This document shows positions 1-9,394 of a stretch of DNA of 64,000 nt, piece after piece (position 1 is the first letter of the stretch; each line of letters opens with the position of its first letter). Made by a program: the position numbers and the translations under genes. Source of the stretch: an uncultured Pelagibacteraceae bacterium (lineage in GTDB: Bacteria; Pseudomonadota; Alphaproteobacteria; Pelagibacterales; Pelagibacteraceae); the NCBI GenBank assembly GCA_902626185.1, contig CACOEA010000001.1, positions 30,672-94,671 of the forward strand. The letters are read 5' to 3'. The notes beneath the pieces were generated by a model. It was not told the DNA's origin. It worked only from the letters and a program-made list of their open reading frames with translations, and ran no database searches.

Positions 1-1
1 G

Positions 2-556
2 ATACTTAAAATCGCTTCTAAATTAAAAAAAAGAGTTGTTATTGGAACAACCGGTTTTTCAAAGAAAGAAGAAAATTTAATAAAGAAGTTTTCTAAAAAA
101 ATTCCTATACTTAAAGCAGGTAATATGAGTTTAGGAGTAAACTTGCTTATGTATTTAACCGAAATTGCTTCAAAATCTCTTGGAGATAATTTTTTGAGCA
201 AAGTCTATGATATACATCATAAACATAAAATTGATTATCCGTCTGGAACAGCTTTAATGTTGGGCAAAGGAATAGCCGATGGAAAAAATAAAAACTTCTA
301 TAATTTAATTGGTAAAAAATACTTAAATAAAAAATCTTTTCCTTATGCAAAAAAAATAAACTTTAATTCTGTTCGTAAAGGAGAGGTAATTGGTGAACAT
401 GAAGTAAGATTTTCCAGTGGAAAAGAAATTATAAAACTAAACCACGAGTCTTTTGATAGAGCTTTATATTCGGAAGGCGCATTAGTTGCTGCAAAATGGT
501 TAATAAATAAAAAGCCTGGCCTTTACTCGATGAGAAATCTTTTGAATTTTAAATAA
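2..556 (+). CDS. dapB: 4-hydroxy-tetrahydrodipicolinate reductase, 5'-truncated by the window edge
   Basis: Frame is open from base 2 (ILKIASKLKKRVVIGTTGF...AGNMSLGVN). Contains the HHxxKxDxPSGTA motif and GEHEV. Confidence 0.95.
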   Translation: MLKIASKLKKRVVIGTTGFSKKEENLIKKFSKKIPILKAGNMSLGVNLLMYLTEIASKSLGDNFLSKVYDIHHKHKIDYPSGTALMLGKGIADGKNKNFYNLIGKKYLNKKSFPYAKKINFNSVRKGEVIGEHEVRFSSGKEIIKLNHESFDRALYSEGALVAAKWLINKKPGLYSMRNLLNFK

Positions 557-576
557 TTTTTCAATAAGTTATCGTT

Positions 577-1035
577 GTGAAAGCTTTATCGTCATTATTA
601 GTTTTTTTGTTGGTACTTTCTTGTGCGACACCTACAGTTGTAGAAATTAAGAATCCTTTAGATGAACAGAAAACTTGTGATGAATTGGAAAAATCAGTAG
701 CAGAGGCACAGAAATTTAAAAGAGACGCATTGTTCGAAAAGAACAACACTGGTGGCAACATGGCAAGGATGATGCTTTTTTGGCCAGCAATGGCAACAAC
801 TTTTCATAATTCAGATAAAGCAATTAGAGCAGCCAATGATAGAACTTATCATCTTCTTAAAATAATGAAAAAAAAGAATTGTAAAAATGTAGATTTAGTA
901 AATTCTGAAATTCTAAGAAACTCTACTGAAACAATTGCTGGACAACTAAACCTATTAAAAGAAATGTATAAATCAGGAGATCTTACTAAAGAAGAATTTT
1001 CTAAAGCTAAAAAAAAAGTATTAGAAAGTGAATAA
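577..1035 (+). CDS. Hypothetical lipoprotein with C-terminal SHOCT-like domain
   Basis: Signal peptide with lipobox VLSC. C-terminal QLNLLKEMYKSGDLTKEEFSKAKKKVL is SHOCT-like. Confidence 0.7.
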   Translation: MKALSSLLVFLLVLSCATPTVVEIKNPLDEQKTCDELEKSVAEAQKFKRDALFEKNNTGGNMARMMLFWPAMATTFHNSDKAIRAANDRTYHLLKIMKKKNCKNVDLVNSEILRNSTETIAGQLNLLKEMYKSGDLTKEEFSKAKKKVLESE

Positions 1036-1681
1036 TAAAGATAAATCAAAGATCATACTTAGACAATTAGATAAAACTTATCCTAAAGTTCCAATACCGC
1101 TTAATTATAAAAATACTTTTACTCTTTTAGTTTCAGTATTACTTTCGGCACAATGTACCGATGTAAATGTAAATAATGTTACTAAAAATATCTACCCGAA
1201 ATATAATAAGCCAATACATTTTGTAAAACTTGGTAGAAAAAAAATTGAACGTTTAATAAAAAAAATTGGAATATTTAGAGTTAAAGCTAAAAGTATCTTT
1301 TATTTATCAAAAACATTAGTTGAAAAATATAAAGGTAAAGTGCCAAATACATATGAGGAATTAGAGCAATTGCCTGGTGTTGGTCACAAGACTGCGAGTG
1401 TTGTCATGTCTCAAGGGTTTGGTTTTCCTGCTTTTCCAGTAGATACACATATTCATAGATTAGCTCAAAGATGGGGTTTAACGAATGGAAAAAACGTTAT
1501 ACAAACTGAAAAAGATTTAAAAGCAGTTTTTCCTAAAAGACACTGGAACAAGTTACACCTTCAAATAATTTGGTACGGAAGACAACATTGTAAAGCTCGT
1601 GATTGTTATGGAATAACTTGTAAAATTTGTAAAAGCTGTTATCCCAATAGAAAAAAACCAATTAAAACAAAAAAAGCTTAA
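1028..1681 (+). CDS. nth: Endonuclease III (HhH-GPD glycosylase)
   Basis: LLSAQCTD, HhH motif LPGVGHKTA, VDTHIHR and a C-terminal Cys cluster. Confidence 0.95.
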   Translation: MNNKDKSKIILRQLDKTYPKVPIPLNYKNTFTLLVSVLLSAQCTDVNVNNVTKNIYPKYNKPIHFVKLGRKKIERLIKKIGIFRVKAKSIFYLSKTLVEKYKGKVPNTYEELEQLPGVGHKTASVVMSQGFGFPAFPVDTHIHRLAQRWGLTNGKNVIQTEKDLKAVFPKRHWNKLHLQIIWYGRQHCKARDCYGITCKICKSCYPNRKKPIKTKKA

Positions 1682-2611
1682 ATGAAAATTCTAGGAATTG
1701 GCAACGCTATCGTTGATGTAATTTGTAAAGTTGATGATAGGTTTATCACTCAAAATGATTTAACAAAAAGTACAATGAAGCTTGTAGATGAAGCTGAATT
1801 TAAAAAACTGCTTTCTACACTCAAAATAGAAGAAACTGTTTCGGGTGGGTCTGTAGCTAACTCAATAGTTGGTCTTTCACAGCTGGGAAATAAAGTAGGC
1901 TTTATTGGTAAAGTAAGCGATGATGATTTGGGTAAAAAATATGAAGAGGGCTTAAAAAAAGAGAATGTATCATTTTTCTATTCGAAGAAAAAAGAGGCAG
2001 TTCCAACAGGGACTTGTTTAATATTAATTACACCTGACTCAGAACGAACTATGGTAACTTTTTTAGGCACTGCAGGAAAAATTAATGAAAATGATATAGA
2101 TACGACAGCTGTTAAGAACGGTGAGATCTTATTTTTAGAGGGATATCTTTGGGACGAGGGTGAGCCAAAGAAAGCTTTTGAAAAAGCAATTAATAACTCT
2201 AATAAAGTTGCAATGTCATTGTCAGATTTATTCTGCGTAGAAAGACATAAACCCCATTTTTTAGAATTAGTTAAGAATAAATTAGATATTACATTCGCAA
2301 ATGAACAGGAAATTATGTCATTAATTGATACAAACAAATTTGATGACGTAATCAATTTTGCTAAGGAAATAAATAAGTTAATTGTAATCACACGCGGTGA
2401 TAAAGGAGCAGTTGCAATTAATAGAAATGAAATCGTAGAATGTTCTGCAAAAAAAAATCTTAAAATTAAAGATTTAACAGGTGCTGGAGATTTATTTGCA
2501 GGTGGTTTTTTACACGGCCTAATTAACAATAAATCTATTAAAGAAAGTTTAGAGACTGGAACGGAAATGTCCTCAAAAGTAATTCAGATAATTGGTGCAA
2601 GACTTAATTAA
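1682..2611 (+). CDS. PfkB-family carbohydrate kinase (adenosine kinase-like)
   Basis: GIGNAIVD, GGSVAN, ANEQE and DLTGAGDLFAGG PfkB signatures. Confidence 0.9.
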   Translation: MKILGIGNAIVDVICKVDDRFITQNDLTKSTMKLVDEAEFKKLLSTLKIEETVSGGSVANSIVGLSQLGNKVGFIGKVSDDDLGKKYEEGLKKENVSFFYSKKKEAVPTGTCLILITPDSERTMVTFLGTAGKINENDIDTTAVKNGEILFLEGYLWDEGEPKKAFEKAINNSNKVAMSLSDLFCVERHKPHFLELVKNKLDITFANEQEIMSLIDTNKFDDVINFAKEINKLIVITRGDKGAVAINRNEIVECSAKKNLKIKDLTGAGDLFAGGFLHGLINNKSIKESLETGTEMSSKVIQIIGARLN

Positions 2612-2612
2612 T

Positions 2613-2720
2613 TTATTTTTTTCTTCTTTTAAAACTACCTTTGCCTTTTTTTGGTTTAATAATTCTCTTTCGATATTTGGTTGTAAAAAGATCGATTGCA
2701 ATTTTATTTCTTTTTTTCAT
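2613..2720 (-). CDS. arfA: Minimal alternative ribosome rescue factor ArfA-like protein (35 aa, not in the ORF track)
   Basis: Hand translation gives MKKRNKIAIDLFTTKYRKRIIKPKKGKGSFKRRKK*, with the ArfA KKGKGS(Y/F)xR motif and upstream (F/Y)RxR. Its start overlaps the upstream stop (ATGA). Confidence 0.85.
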   Translation of the reverse strand: MKKRNKIAIDLFTTKYRKRIIKPKKGKGSFKRRKK

Positions 2721-3340
2721 ATGAAATAACCACTTTTATTATTTTCAATAAAGTTTTCGTCAGAAAAATATTCTTTAATTTTTTTTCGCAGTCTATAGAT
2801 GTGCGTCTCAACGGTGTGGGTGTCTGCATCTTTGGCATAATGCCAAACAATCTTTAAAATTTGTTCTTTATTGATAGGTGCTTTGTTGTTTAAAAAAAGC
2901 TCAAGTAATTGAATCTCTTTTTCAGTTAATGATATAAAAATATTATTTTTTAATAATTTTTTTTCATTTTTATCTAAGATATATTCTTTAATCTTAATTG
3001 ATGAATTCTTACTATAATTTTTTTTTACCACTGAATTTTCTACCAAACTATTTAAGTCTCTAACTGTTGTAGGTAATAATAATTTATTATGAAAAAAGTT
3101 TGGAAGAGAATTTTTGGATTTAGACACTAATATTTTAATCGTATTTTTTGCCCCGGAAAAATATTTCTTATAATTAGTAATATCTAAATAATCTTCATGA
3201 AATAAAATAATATCATAATCATTAAAATTTTGATTTTTATGGTTTTTTAAATCCAAATTAAAATTTAAATAATCTTTAAGTTCTTCTAATGAAGTGTTAA
3301 AACTATCTGAACCTAAAGCTAAAACATTAATTTTATGCAT
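2717..3340 (-). CDS. OmpR/PhoB-type winged-helix regulator with degenerate receiver domain
   Basis: C-terminal LTEKEIQLL...VW...THTVETHIYRLRKKI...GY wHTH. The N-terminal receiver lacks a clear phospho-Asp. Start uncertain (3340 ATG or 3352). Confidence 0.85.
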   Translation of the reverse strand: MHKINVLALGSDSFNTSLEELKDYLNFNLDLKNHKNQNFNDYDIILFHEDYLDITNYKKYFSGAKNTIKILVSKSKNSLPNFFHNKLLLPTTVRDLNSLVENSVVKKNYSKNSSIKIKEYILDKNEKKLLKNNIFISLTEKEIQLLELFLNNKAPINKEQILKIVWHYAKDADTHTVETHIYRLRKKIKEYFSDENFIENNKSGYFI

Positions 3341-3826
3341 ATTATTATCCAAAATAGAACCTTAACTTTTAATGACTATAAAGTAAAATGTGCTGTTGGT
3401 AAAAGAGGAATTGGAATTAAAAAAAAAGAGGGAGATTTAATTACCCCAAAAGGAAAATATAAAATTAGTAATATATTTTATCGAAATGATCGCATCAAAG
3501 GGTTCAAATCAAGATTAAAAAAAATTAATATACGAAAAAATATGGGTTGGTGTGATGATCCTAAAGCAAAAAAATACAATAAACTAGTTAAATTACCTCA
3601 CAAGTTTAAAACAGAAAAACTTTTTAAAACTAATAACACATACGATATAATTTTAGTTTTAAATTACAATTCAAATCCTGTTCGCAAAAATAAAGGTAGT
3701 GCAATATTTATACATGTTGCAAAAAAAAACTTTAATAGCACAGCTGGTTGTGTGGCAATTAAAAAAAAATATCTTAAAGATATTGCTTCTAAAGTAAGTA
3801 AGAAAACATTAGTAAAAATTTACTAA
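3335..3826 (+). CDS. L,D-transpeptidase (YkuD-like) family protein
   Basis: KKEGDxxTPxG, WCDD and GSAIFIH...TAGCVA (catalytic His/Cys). Confidence 0.85.
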   Translation: MHIIIQNRTLTFNDYKVKCAVGKRGIGIKKKEGDLITPKGKYKISNIFYRNDRIKGFKSRLKKINIRKNMGWCDDPKAKKYNKLVKLPHKFKTEKLFKTNNTYDIILVLNYNSNPVRKNKGSAIFIHVAKKNFNSTAGCVAIKKKYLKDIASKVSKKTLVKIY

Positions 3827-4473
3827 GATCGTTCACCAAAAATTAAACTTCCTATTCTAAGAAAAGTGGCTTTATAATTGATAGCAATTAAATAATCTGA
3901 ACTCATTCCCATGCTAAGTTCTTTTAGACCAAGAGAGGCATTGAGTTCCGACAAACTTTTAAAATACTTTTCACTATTGTTATCATTAGGAGGTATAGCC
4001 ATTAATCCAAGGATGTTCATATTTTTTTCTTTAGTACAATAATTATAAAATGCATCGACTTCATTATAGGCTATGCCTGACTTTTGTTGTTCGTTACCAA
4101 TGTTAACTTGTATAAAATAGTTTAGAGATTTATTTATTGCTTTTTGACTTTTGGAAAGAACATCGGCAAGTTTTTGATTATCTAGAGAATGTATATAATC
4201 AAAGATTTCAACTGCTTTTTTTGCTTTATTACTTTGTAATTTGCCAACCATATGTAATTTTAAATTATCATATTTTTTTTTAATTTCTTTCCATTTGACC
4301 TCGGCTTCTTGCACTTTATTTTCTCCAAAATGAATATGTCCATAATCTATTAATGGCATTATATGGTCCAGACTAAAAGTTTTACTAATAGCCACAATTT
4401 TAGACGTTTGGTTTTCATCAATTTCTTTTATTTTAGATTTTATTTTGTTAAATCTATCTACTATTGTACTCAT
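3823..4473 (-). CDS. yggS: PLP homeostasis protein YggS
   Basis: AISKT, FGENKVQE, LQSNK, GLMAIPP, LSMGMSSDY and RIGSLIFG. Confidence 0.95.
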   Translation of the reverse strand: MSTIVDRFNKIKSKIKEIDENQTSKIVAISKTFSLDHIMPLIDYGHIHFGENKVQEAEVKWKEIKKKYDNLKLHMVGKLQSNKAKKAVEIFDYIHSLDNQKLADVLSKSQKAINKSLNYFIQVNIGNEQQKSGIAYNEVDAFYNYCTKEKNMNILGLMAIPPNDNNSEKYFKSLSELNASLGLKELSMGMSSDYLIAINYKATFLRIGSLIFGERS

Positions 4474-5049
4474 ATGTTTTCATTTAAAAAAAAGTATTTT
4501 TTAATTATAGAAAATATCAAAGATATTGACTTAAGTAATATAAAAAATATCAATAAATTCATAATTATTTATCGGAATAAAAAAAAAATTAAGAACGTAC
4601 ACCAGTTATTGAAATTTAGACAAGTTTGCAAGGCAAAAAAAATTGATTTATTTATTGCAAATGATTTTAAATTAATGACGACCTTGAAAGCTGACGGACT
4701 TTACATTTCAGCTCATAATAATAACTTAAAGCTAAATAGGTATAAAAAAACAAAGTATAAGGTAATAGGTTCAGCCCACAATCTGAAAGAATTAAATATT
4801 AAGACTTTACAAGGTTGTAAGTATTTAATTTTCTCTAGATTATTCCCTACAAATTATAAAGAAAAAAGGGGGAATTTAGGCATAGTAAAGTTCAATCTTT
4901 TCAAACTCTCACGAAAAGAAAATCTTATACCTCTCGGAGGTATAAAGCTATCAAATTTAAATAAGCTTTCTATCGTAAATTCTAACGCTTTTGCGTTAAT
5001 GTCTGAGATAAAAAAAAAGCCGACTGAAATATTCAGCCGGCTTTTTTAA
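4474..5049 (+). CDS. Thiamine-phosphate synthase/TenI-like protein
   Basis: IANDF, ADGLY, IGSAHN and PLGGI TMP-TENI motifs. Start placed at ATG 4474 because the track start overlaps yggS. Confidence 0.7.
   Translation: MFSFKKKYFLIIENIKDIDLSNIKNINKFIIIYRNKKKIKNVHQLLKFRQVCKAKKIDLFIANDFKLMTTLKADGLYISAHNNNLKLNRYKKTKYKVIGSAHNLKELNIKTLQGCKYLIFSRLFPTNYKEKRGNLGIVKFNLFKLSRKENLIPLGGIKLSNLNKLSIVNSNAFALMSEIKKKPTEIFSRLF
5010..5047 (-). terminator. Intrinsic terminator of the porin gene, possibly bidirectional
   Basis: Minus strand reads GCCGGCTGAA-TAT-TTCAGTCGGC followed by T9. The stem is fully paired (one G-U) only on the minus strand. Confidence 0.85.
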
Positions 5050-5069
5050 TTTTAAGTTACTCTACGTTA

Positions 5070-6137
5070 TTAGAACGCTAAAGTAAGTGCAAACAACGTT
5101 TGGTCTACGTCTCTACCATCTGTTGCTGTTGAGTATCCTACGTTGTCATGAGAATTTCTTGACATCGCAAAAGTTGCTCCACCTAAATTGTAAGCTAATT
5201 GGATACCTGTTGATTTTTGCTCAATGTCAGCAACTGAATCCAATTGGAATGTTTTGCTTGATTTTTCAACTTCGTAAGAAATTGTTAAATCATCATTGAA
5301 TGCAAAAGCAGCAGACATGTTGCTTTGATCATAGCTTTCTACTTCAGTCGTTGAAGATAAACTACCATCGGCTACCATGTCAGCTCTCATAGCTTTTGAA
5401 TAACCTACAGATAAATTACCAATAGTGTATACTCCGTAATATGCACCTGACTCCGCTGTTTGGTTCATTTTTGCAGCACCTTGCTTATCCATTTCATTGT
5501 AAGATGCTCCAATTGTTAAACCATCAATTGGTGTCATATCGATACGTGTAGCTGTCATAGATCTACCTACATATGTAGATGTACCTTCGACTTGGTTTGC
5601 ACCAGCAGCATTTCCACTATTCATTGTAGTGTCTAAGTCTGGAGCGTAAGCTAACTTGATTACTGTACCTAACGGTAACATGTCTGCTGGAGACGTGTAC
5701 ATTACGTTATTGTAAGAATCAATTGAGTAGTTATCTACTGTTGCTGATGGGTCACCTGAATCAGTTGGTCTTGAGTAAGCTGATTGTGACGCTGCATCTT
5801 CTGCATCAAGTCCACCTTCTAAGATCATGATACCAAATTTACCGTACGGTGTCGTAAGGTTAATTTGTGTGTCATCATTGTTCGCTGTACTTGCTGCTGC
5901 ATCAGTTGGATCTAATTCCATTGAGTATGTCCATGTGTAACCATTGTCCATCTCACCTGACGCTGTAAAGTTAAGTTCGTTTGTTACACCTAAACCTTTA
6001 CCAGTCGCATTTCCGTGATAGATGTTGTAAGTTGCTTTCGCAGTACCACTAACAGCTAACTCGCCAGCTTTCGCTGAAACAGCTAGTAAAGAAATAGAAG
6101 CTAACATAACGCCTAACGTTTTGATTATGTTTTTCAT
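5070..6137 (-). CDS. Major outer-membrane porin
   Basis: Signal peptide ending AKA, beta-strand periodicity, C-terminal Phe (ALTLAF), AAAGGA SD and its own terminator. Confidence 0.85.
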   Translation of the reverse strand: MKNIIKTLGVMLASISLLAVSAKAGELAVSGTAKATYNIYHGNATGKGLGVTNELNFTASGEMDNGYTWTYSMELDPTDAAASTANNDDTQINLTTPYGKFGIMILEGGLDAEDAASQSAYSRPTDSGDPSATVDNYSIDSYNNVMYTSPADMLPLGTVIKLAYAPDLDTTMNSGNAAGANQVEGTSTYVGRSMTATRIDMTPIDGLTIGASYNEMDKQGAAKMNQTAESGAYYGVYTIGNLSVGYSKAMRADMVADGSLSSTTEVESYDQSNMSAAFAFNDDLTISYEVEKSSKTFQLDSVADIEQKSTGIQLAYNLGGATFAMSRNSHDNVGYSTATDGRDVDQTLFALTLAF

Positions 6138-6152
6138 ATTTTTCCTTTGTTT

Positions 6153-6168
6153 AGTTAAATATTTAACT
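6153..6168. promoter_or_regulatory. Perfect 16-bp palindrome in the porin leader
   Basis: AGTTAAATATTTAACT, just upstream of the porin SD. Confidence 0.4.
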
Positions 6169-6238
6169 GAGGGGAAAATATTAGAAATATATTGGGATTT
6201 CTAATAAGATTTACCAAAACATAACGTTTTTTGAGTTA

Positions 6239-6256
6239 TGTTGCATAAATACAACA
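6239..6256. promoter_or_regulatory. Candidate operator TGTTG-N8-CAACA
   Basis: TGTTGCATAAATACAACA dyad in the divergent porin/lipoprotein spacer. Confidence 0.45.
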
Positions 6257-6346
6257 GGTAAAAAACTAAGTTAATTAAGGGATATTAGCCTGAAATAATT
6301 AGTTTTTACTTCCGATCAATGTTATTTACAGTTTGAGAATACAATT

Positions 6347-6868
6347 ATGAGTTATTTATTTAAATCTATCATTATTACTACCCTTTTATTCTCCCTTGTG
6401 AGTTGTGGAGGTTTTAAGAAAGTTGATATGAGAGAACAACCAGTCAATATGCAAGAGAGAGCTAAAAAAAATGTCAGAGAAGGTAGAGGAACTTCTGTTC
6501 AAGATTTAATAGGGAAACGAGGAGGCACGAATTATGAATTTAGTACATCAAACCCTATGTGGAGAGCTTCTTTAGAGATACTAGATTTTTTACCAATGAC
6601 AACTGTTGACTATTCAGGTGGTGTTATAATTTCAGATTGGTATGCAGACAATAACAAAGATGGATCAATAAAAATATCAATAAGATTTTTATCTAACGAA
6701 GTAAGAAGTGATAGTTTAAAAATAATTGTACATAAGCGAGTCTGTGGTTCCAATCAAAGCTGCAGAACTTCACTACTAGAAAACTCTAAAATAAGTCAGG
6801 AACTATTGGCTGCAATTATAAGAAAAGCAGCAATTTTAGAAAAAGATTCTAAAAAAAAGAAAAAATAA
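6347..6868 (+). CDS. DUF3576-family lipoprotein
   Basis: Lipobox LVSC, NPMWRASLEILDFLP and GGVIISDWY. Sits in the usual position upstream of leuS. Confidence 0.8.
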   Translation: MSYLFKSIIITTLLFSLVSCGGFKKVDMREQPVNMQERAKKNVREGRGTSVQDLIGKRGGTNYEFSTSNPMWRASLEILDFLPMTTVDYSGGVIISDWYADNNKDGSIKISIRFLSNEVRSDSLKIIVHKRVCGSNQSCRTSLLENSKISQELLAAIIRKAAILEKDSKKKKK

Positions 6869-6874
6869 ATTTTA

Positions 6875-9391
6875 ATGGAAAGAGTTAATTTTCAAGCAAT
6901 TGAAAAAAAGTGGCAAAAAAAATTTGAGGCGTCTAGGTTACATAACAAGAATGGAAAAAAATTTTATTGCCTAGAAATGTTTCCTTACCCATCAGGAAAA
7001 ATTCATATGGGCCATGTAAGAAATTATACTATAGGTGATGTGATAGCTCGTTTTAAATTTATGAAAGGGTTTGACGTTTTACACCCCATGGGTTGGGACT
7101 CTTTTGGATTGCCAGCTGAAAATGCTGCACGGTTGAATAATCTAAATCCCAAAAAATGGACTGAACAGAATATTCAAACCATGAAAACACAACTGAAAAA
7201 GTTGGGCCTATCAATAGATTGGGATTTAGAAATTTCTACCTGTGATGTTGATTATTACAAGCATCAACAAGAAATGTTCATTGACTTTTATAATGCAGGT
7301 TTAGTTTCAAGAAAAGAGACTTATGTGAATTGGGATCCAGTTGAAAAAACTGTGCTAGCAAATGAGCAAGTTATAAATGGCAAAGGTTGGAGATCTAATG
7401 CTGTGGTAGAAAGAAAAAAATTATCACAATGGTTTTTTAATATAACTAAATATTCTAGAGAATTACTAAAAGATCTAGAAAATTTACCTGGATGGCCTCA
7501 AAAAGTAAAGTTAATGCAAAAAAATTGGATAGGAGAGTCAATTGGATGTGAGTTAGATTTTAAAATTAAAAATGAAAATAAAAAAATAAGAATTTTTACC
7601 ACAAGACCAGACACAATTTTTGGAGCAAGTTTCATCGCTATTTCAGTAGACCATGAAATTAGTAAGAAATTTGAAAATGATTCAAAATTTAAAGATTTTA
7701 AAGATCAATGTTCAAAGATTGGAACTACAGAAGAAGCTCTAGCTAATGCAGAAAAAATAGGCTTTGACACAAAATTATTTGTTGAACATCCTTTTATTGA
7801 AAATAAAATATTACCTATATACGTGGCAAATTTTGTCTTAATGGATTATGGAAACGGAGCTATTTTTGGATGCCCTGCTCATGACCAAAGGGACTTTGAT
7901 TTTGCTAAAAAATATGAATTGCCAATTATAAAAGTTGTATCTGAAAATGAAGACACTTCTCAAAACGAACTGAAAGAAGCATATACAGGTAATGGGAAAA
8001 TGATTAATTCAAGTTTTTTAAATGGACTCAATGTTTCAGATGCAAAAAATAAAATTATTGAAAAAATTGTCTTAAATAAGATTGGTGAAAAAAAAACACT
8101 GTTTCGTTTAAAAGACTGGGGTATTTCAAGACAACGCTATTGGGGATGTCCTATACCAATGATTTATTTAGAAGACGGCTCGGTAGTGCCGGTAGATAAA
8201 AGTGAGCTTCCAATAAAACTACCAGAAGACGTAAATCTCTCAGATTCTGGAAACCCCTTAAAAAATCACCCCAGTTGGATAAAAACTGTTCATAAAAAAA
8301 CGGGGAAACCAGCATTAAGGGAGACGGATACCTTAGACACTTTTGTAGACTCATCATGGTATTTTATCAGGTTTTGTTCACCAAAAAGTAAAAATCCTTA
8401 TGATGTAAAAAGTACGAATCATTGGATGCCTGTTGATCAATATATTGGTGGAATAGAGCACGCAATTTTACATTTGTTGTATTCACGCTTTTTTATGAAA
8501 GCAATAAAACGTTGTGATGAAAAAATAACATGTTCAGAACCATTTAAAAATTTATTTACTCAAGGAATGGTCTGTCATGAAACTTACAAAGATTCTGATG
8601 GAAATTGGTTATATCCAGAAGAAGTTAAAAAAATAAATGAAAAAAAGGCAATAAATAAATTAAAAAAAACTGAAGTAAAAATTGGTGCTTCAGAGTCTAT
8701 GTCAAAATCAAAAAAAAATACAATTGACCCTGAAACAATGATTAAACAATATGGAGCTGATGCTGTGAGGTGGTTTATTTTATCTGATAGTCCGCCTGAA
8801 AAGGATATTCAATGGTCAGATACTGGGGTTTATTCTGCAAGTAAATTTCTTCAAAAAATTTGGAATCTTACTAATACAGTAATAAACGCAAAAAAAATAA
8901 AAAATGATATTTCTCGTGCAAAAGATTTCGAAAATAAGATCAATTTTTATGGTTTTAAGATTGATAAAGCCATAAATAATTTTCAATTAAATGTTGCTGT
9001 TGCTCAGTTCTATGAAGTTTATAGATATTTTAATGAGTCAATTAGTCAAAGTATAACCCAAAAAACTCTAAGTAATGGCTTAATAAAAATCTTAAAATTA
9101 ATGTTACCTTTCACGCCTCATTTAGCTAATGAGTGTCTTCAGAATTTAAATTGCAAAGATGTGGATAAATGGCCAGAAATAAACAGCAAAGTTTTAGAAA
9201 ATTTGGAAATAAATTTTGCGGTACAAGTAAATGGTAAAACAAGAGATATTATATTGATTAAAAAAGATCTTAGTGAAAAAGATGTAGATAAGATTGCTAG
9301 AAAGTCATCTAAAACGAGTAAATATATCATTGATAAGAAAATTGTTAAAACTATCTTTATCAAAAATAAAATAATAAATTATATTATTTAA
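6875..9391 (+). CDS. leuS: Leucine--tRNA ligase
   Basis: MFPYPSG, HMGH, FTTRPDT editing domain and SMSKS. Confidence 0.98.
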   Translation: MERVNFQAIEKKWQKKFEASRLHNKNGKKFYCLEMFPYPSGKIHMGHVRNYTIGDVIARFKFMKGFDVLHPMGWDSFGLPAENAARLNNLNPKKWTEQNIQTMKTQLKKLGLSIDWDLEISTCDVDYYKHQQEMFIDFYNAGLVSRKETYVNWDPVEKTVLANEQVINGKGWRSNAVVERKKLSQWFFNITKYSRELLKDLENLPGWPQKVKLMQKNWIGESIGCELDFKIKNENKKIRIFTTRPDTIFGASFIAISVDHEISKKFENDSKFKDFKDQCSKIGTTEEALANAEKIGFDTKLFVEHPFIENKILPIYVANFVLMDYGNGAIFGCPAHDQRDFDFAKKYELPIIKVVSENEDTSQNELKEAYTGNGKMINSSFLNGLNVSDAKNKIIEKIVLNKIGEKKTLFRLKDWGISRQRYWGCPIPMIYLEDGSVVPVDKSELPIKLPEDVNLSDSGNPLKNHPSWIKTVHKKTGKPALRETDTLDTFVDSSWYFIRFCSPKSKNPYDVKSTNHWMPVDQYIGGIEHAILHLLYSRFFMKAIKRCDEKITCSEPFKNLFTQGMVCHETYKDSDGNWLYPEEVKKINEKKAINKLKKTEVKIGASESMSKSKKNTIDPETMIKQYGADAVRWFILSDSPPEKDIQWSDTGVYSASKFLQKIWNLTNTVINAKKIKNDISRAKDFENKINFYGFKIDKAINNFQLNVAVAQFYEVYRYFNESISQSITQKTLSNGLIKILKLMLPFTPHLANECLQNLNCKDVDKWPEINSKVLENLEINFAVQVNGKTRDIILIKKDLSEKDVDKIARKSSKTSKYIIDKKIVKTIFIKNKIINYII

Positions 9392-9394
9392 ATT

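Noticed and set aside
8695-8715. LeuS SMSKS in place of KMSKS
   Set aside because: It is a tolerated variant and the catalytic second Lys is retained.
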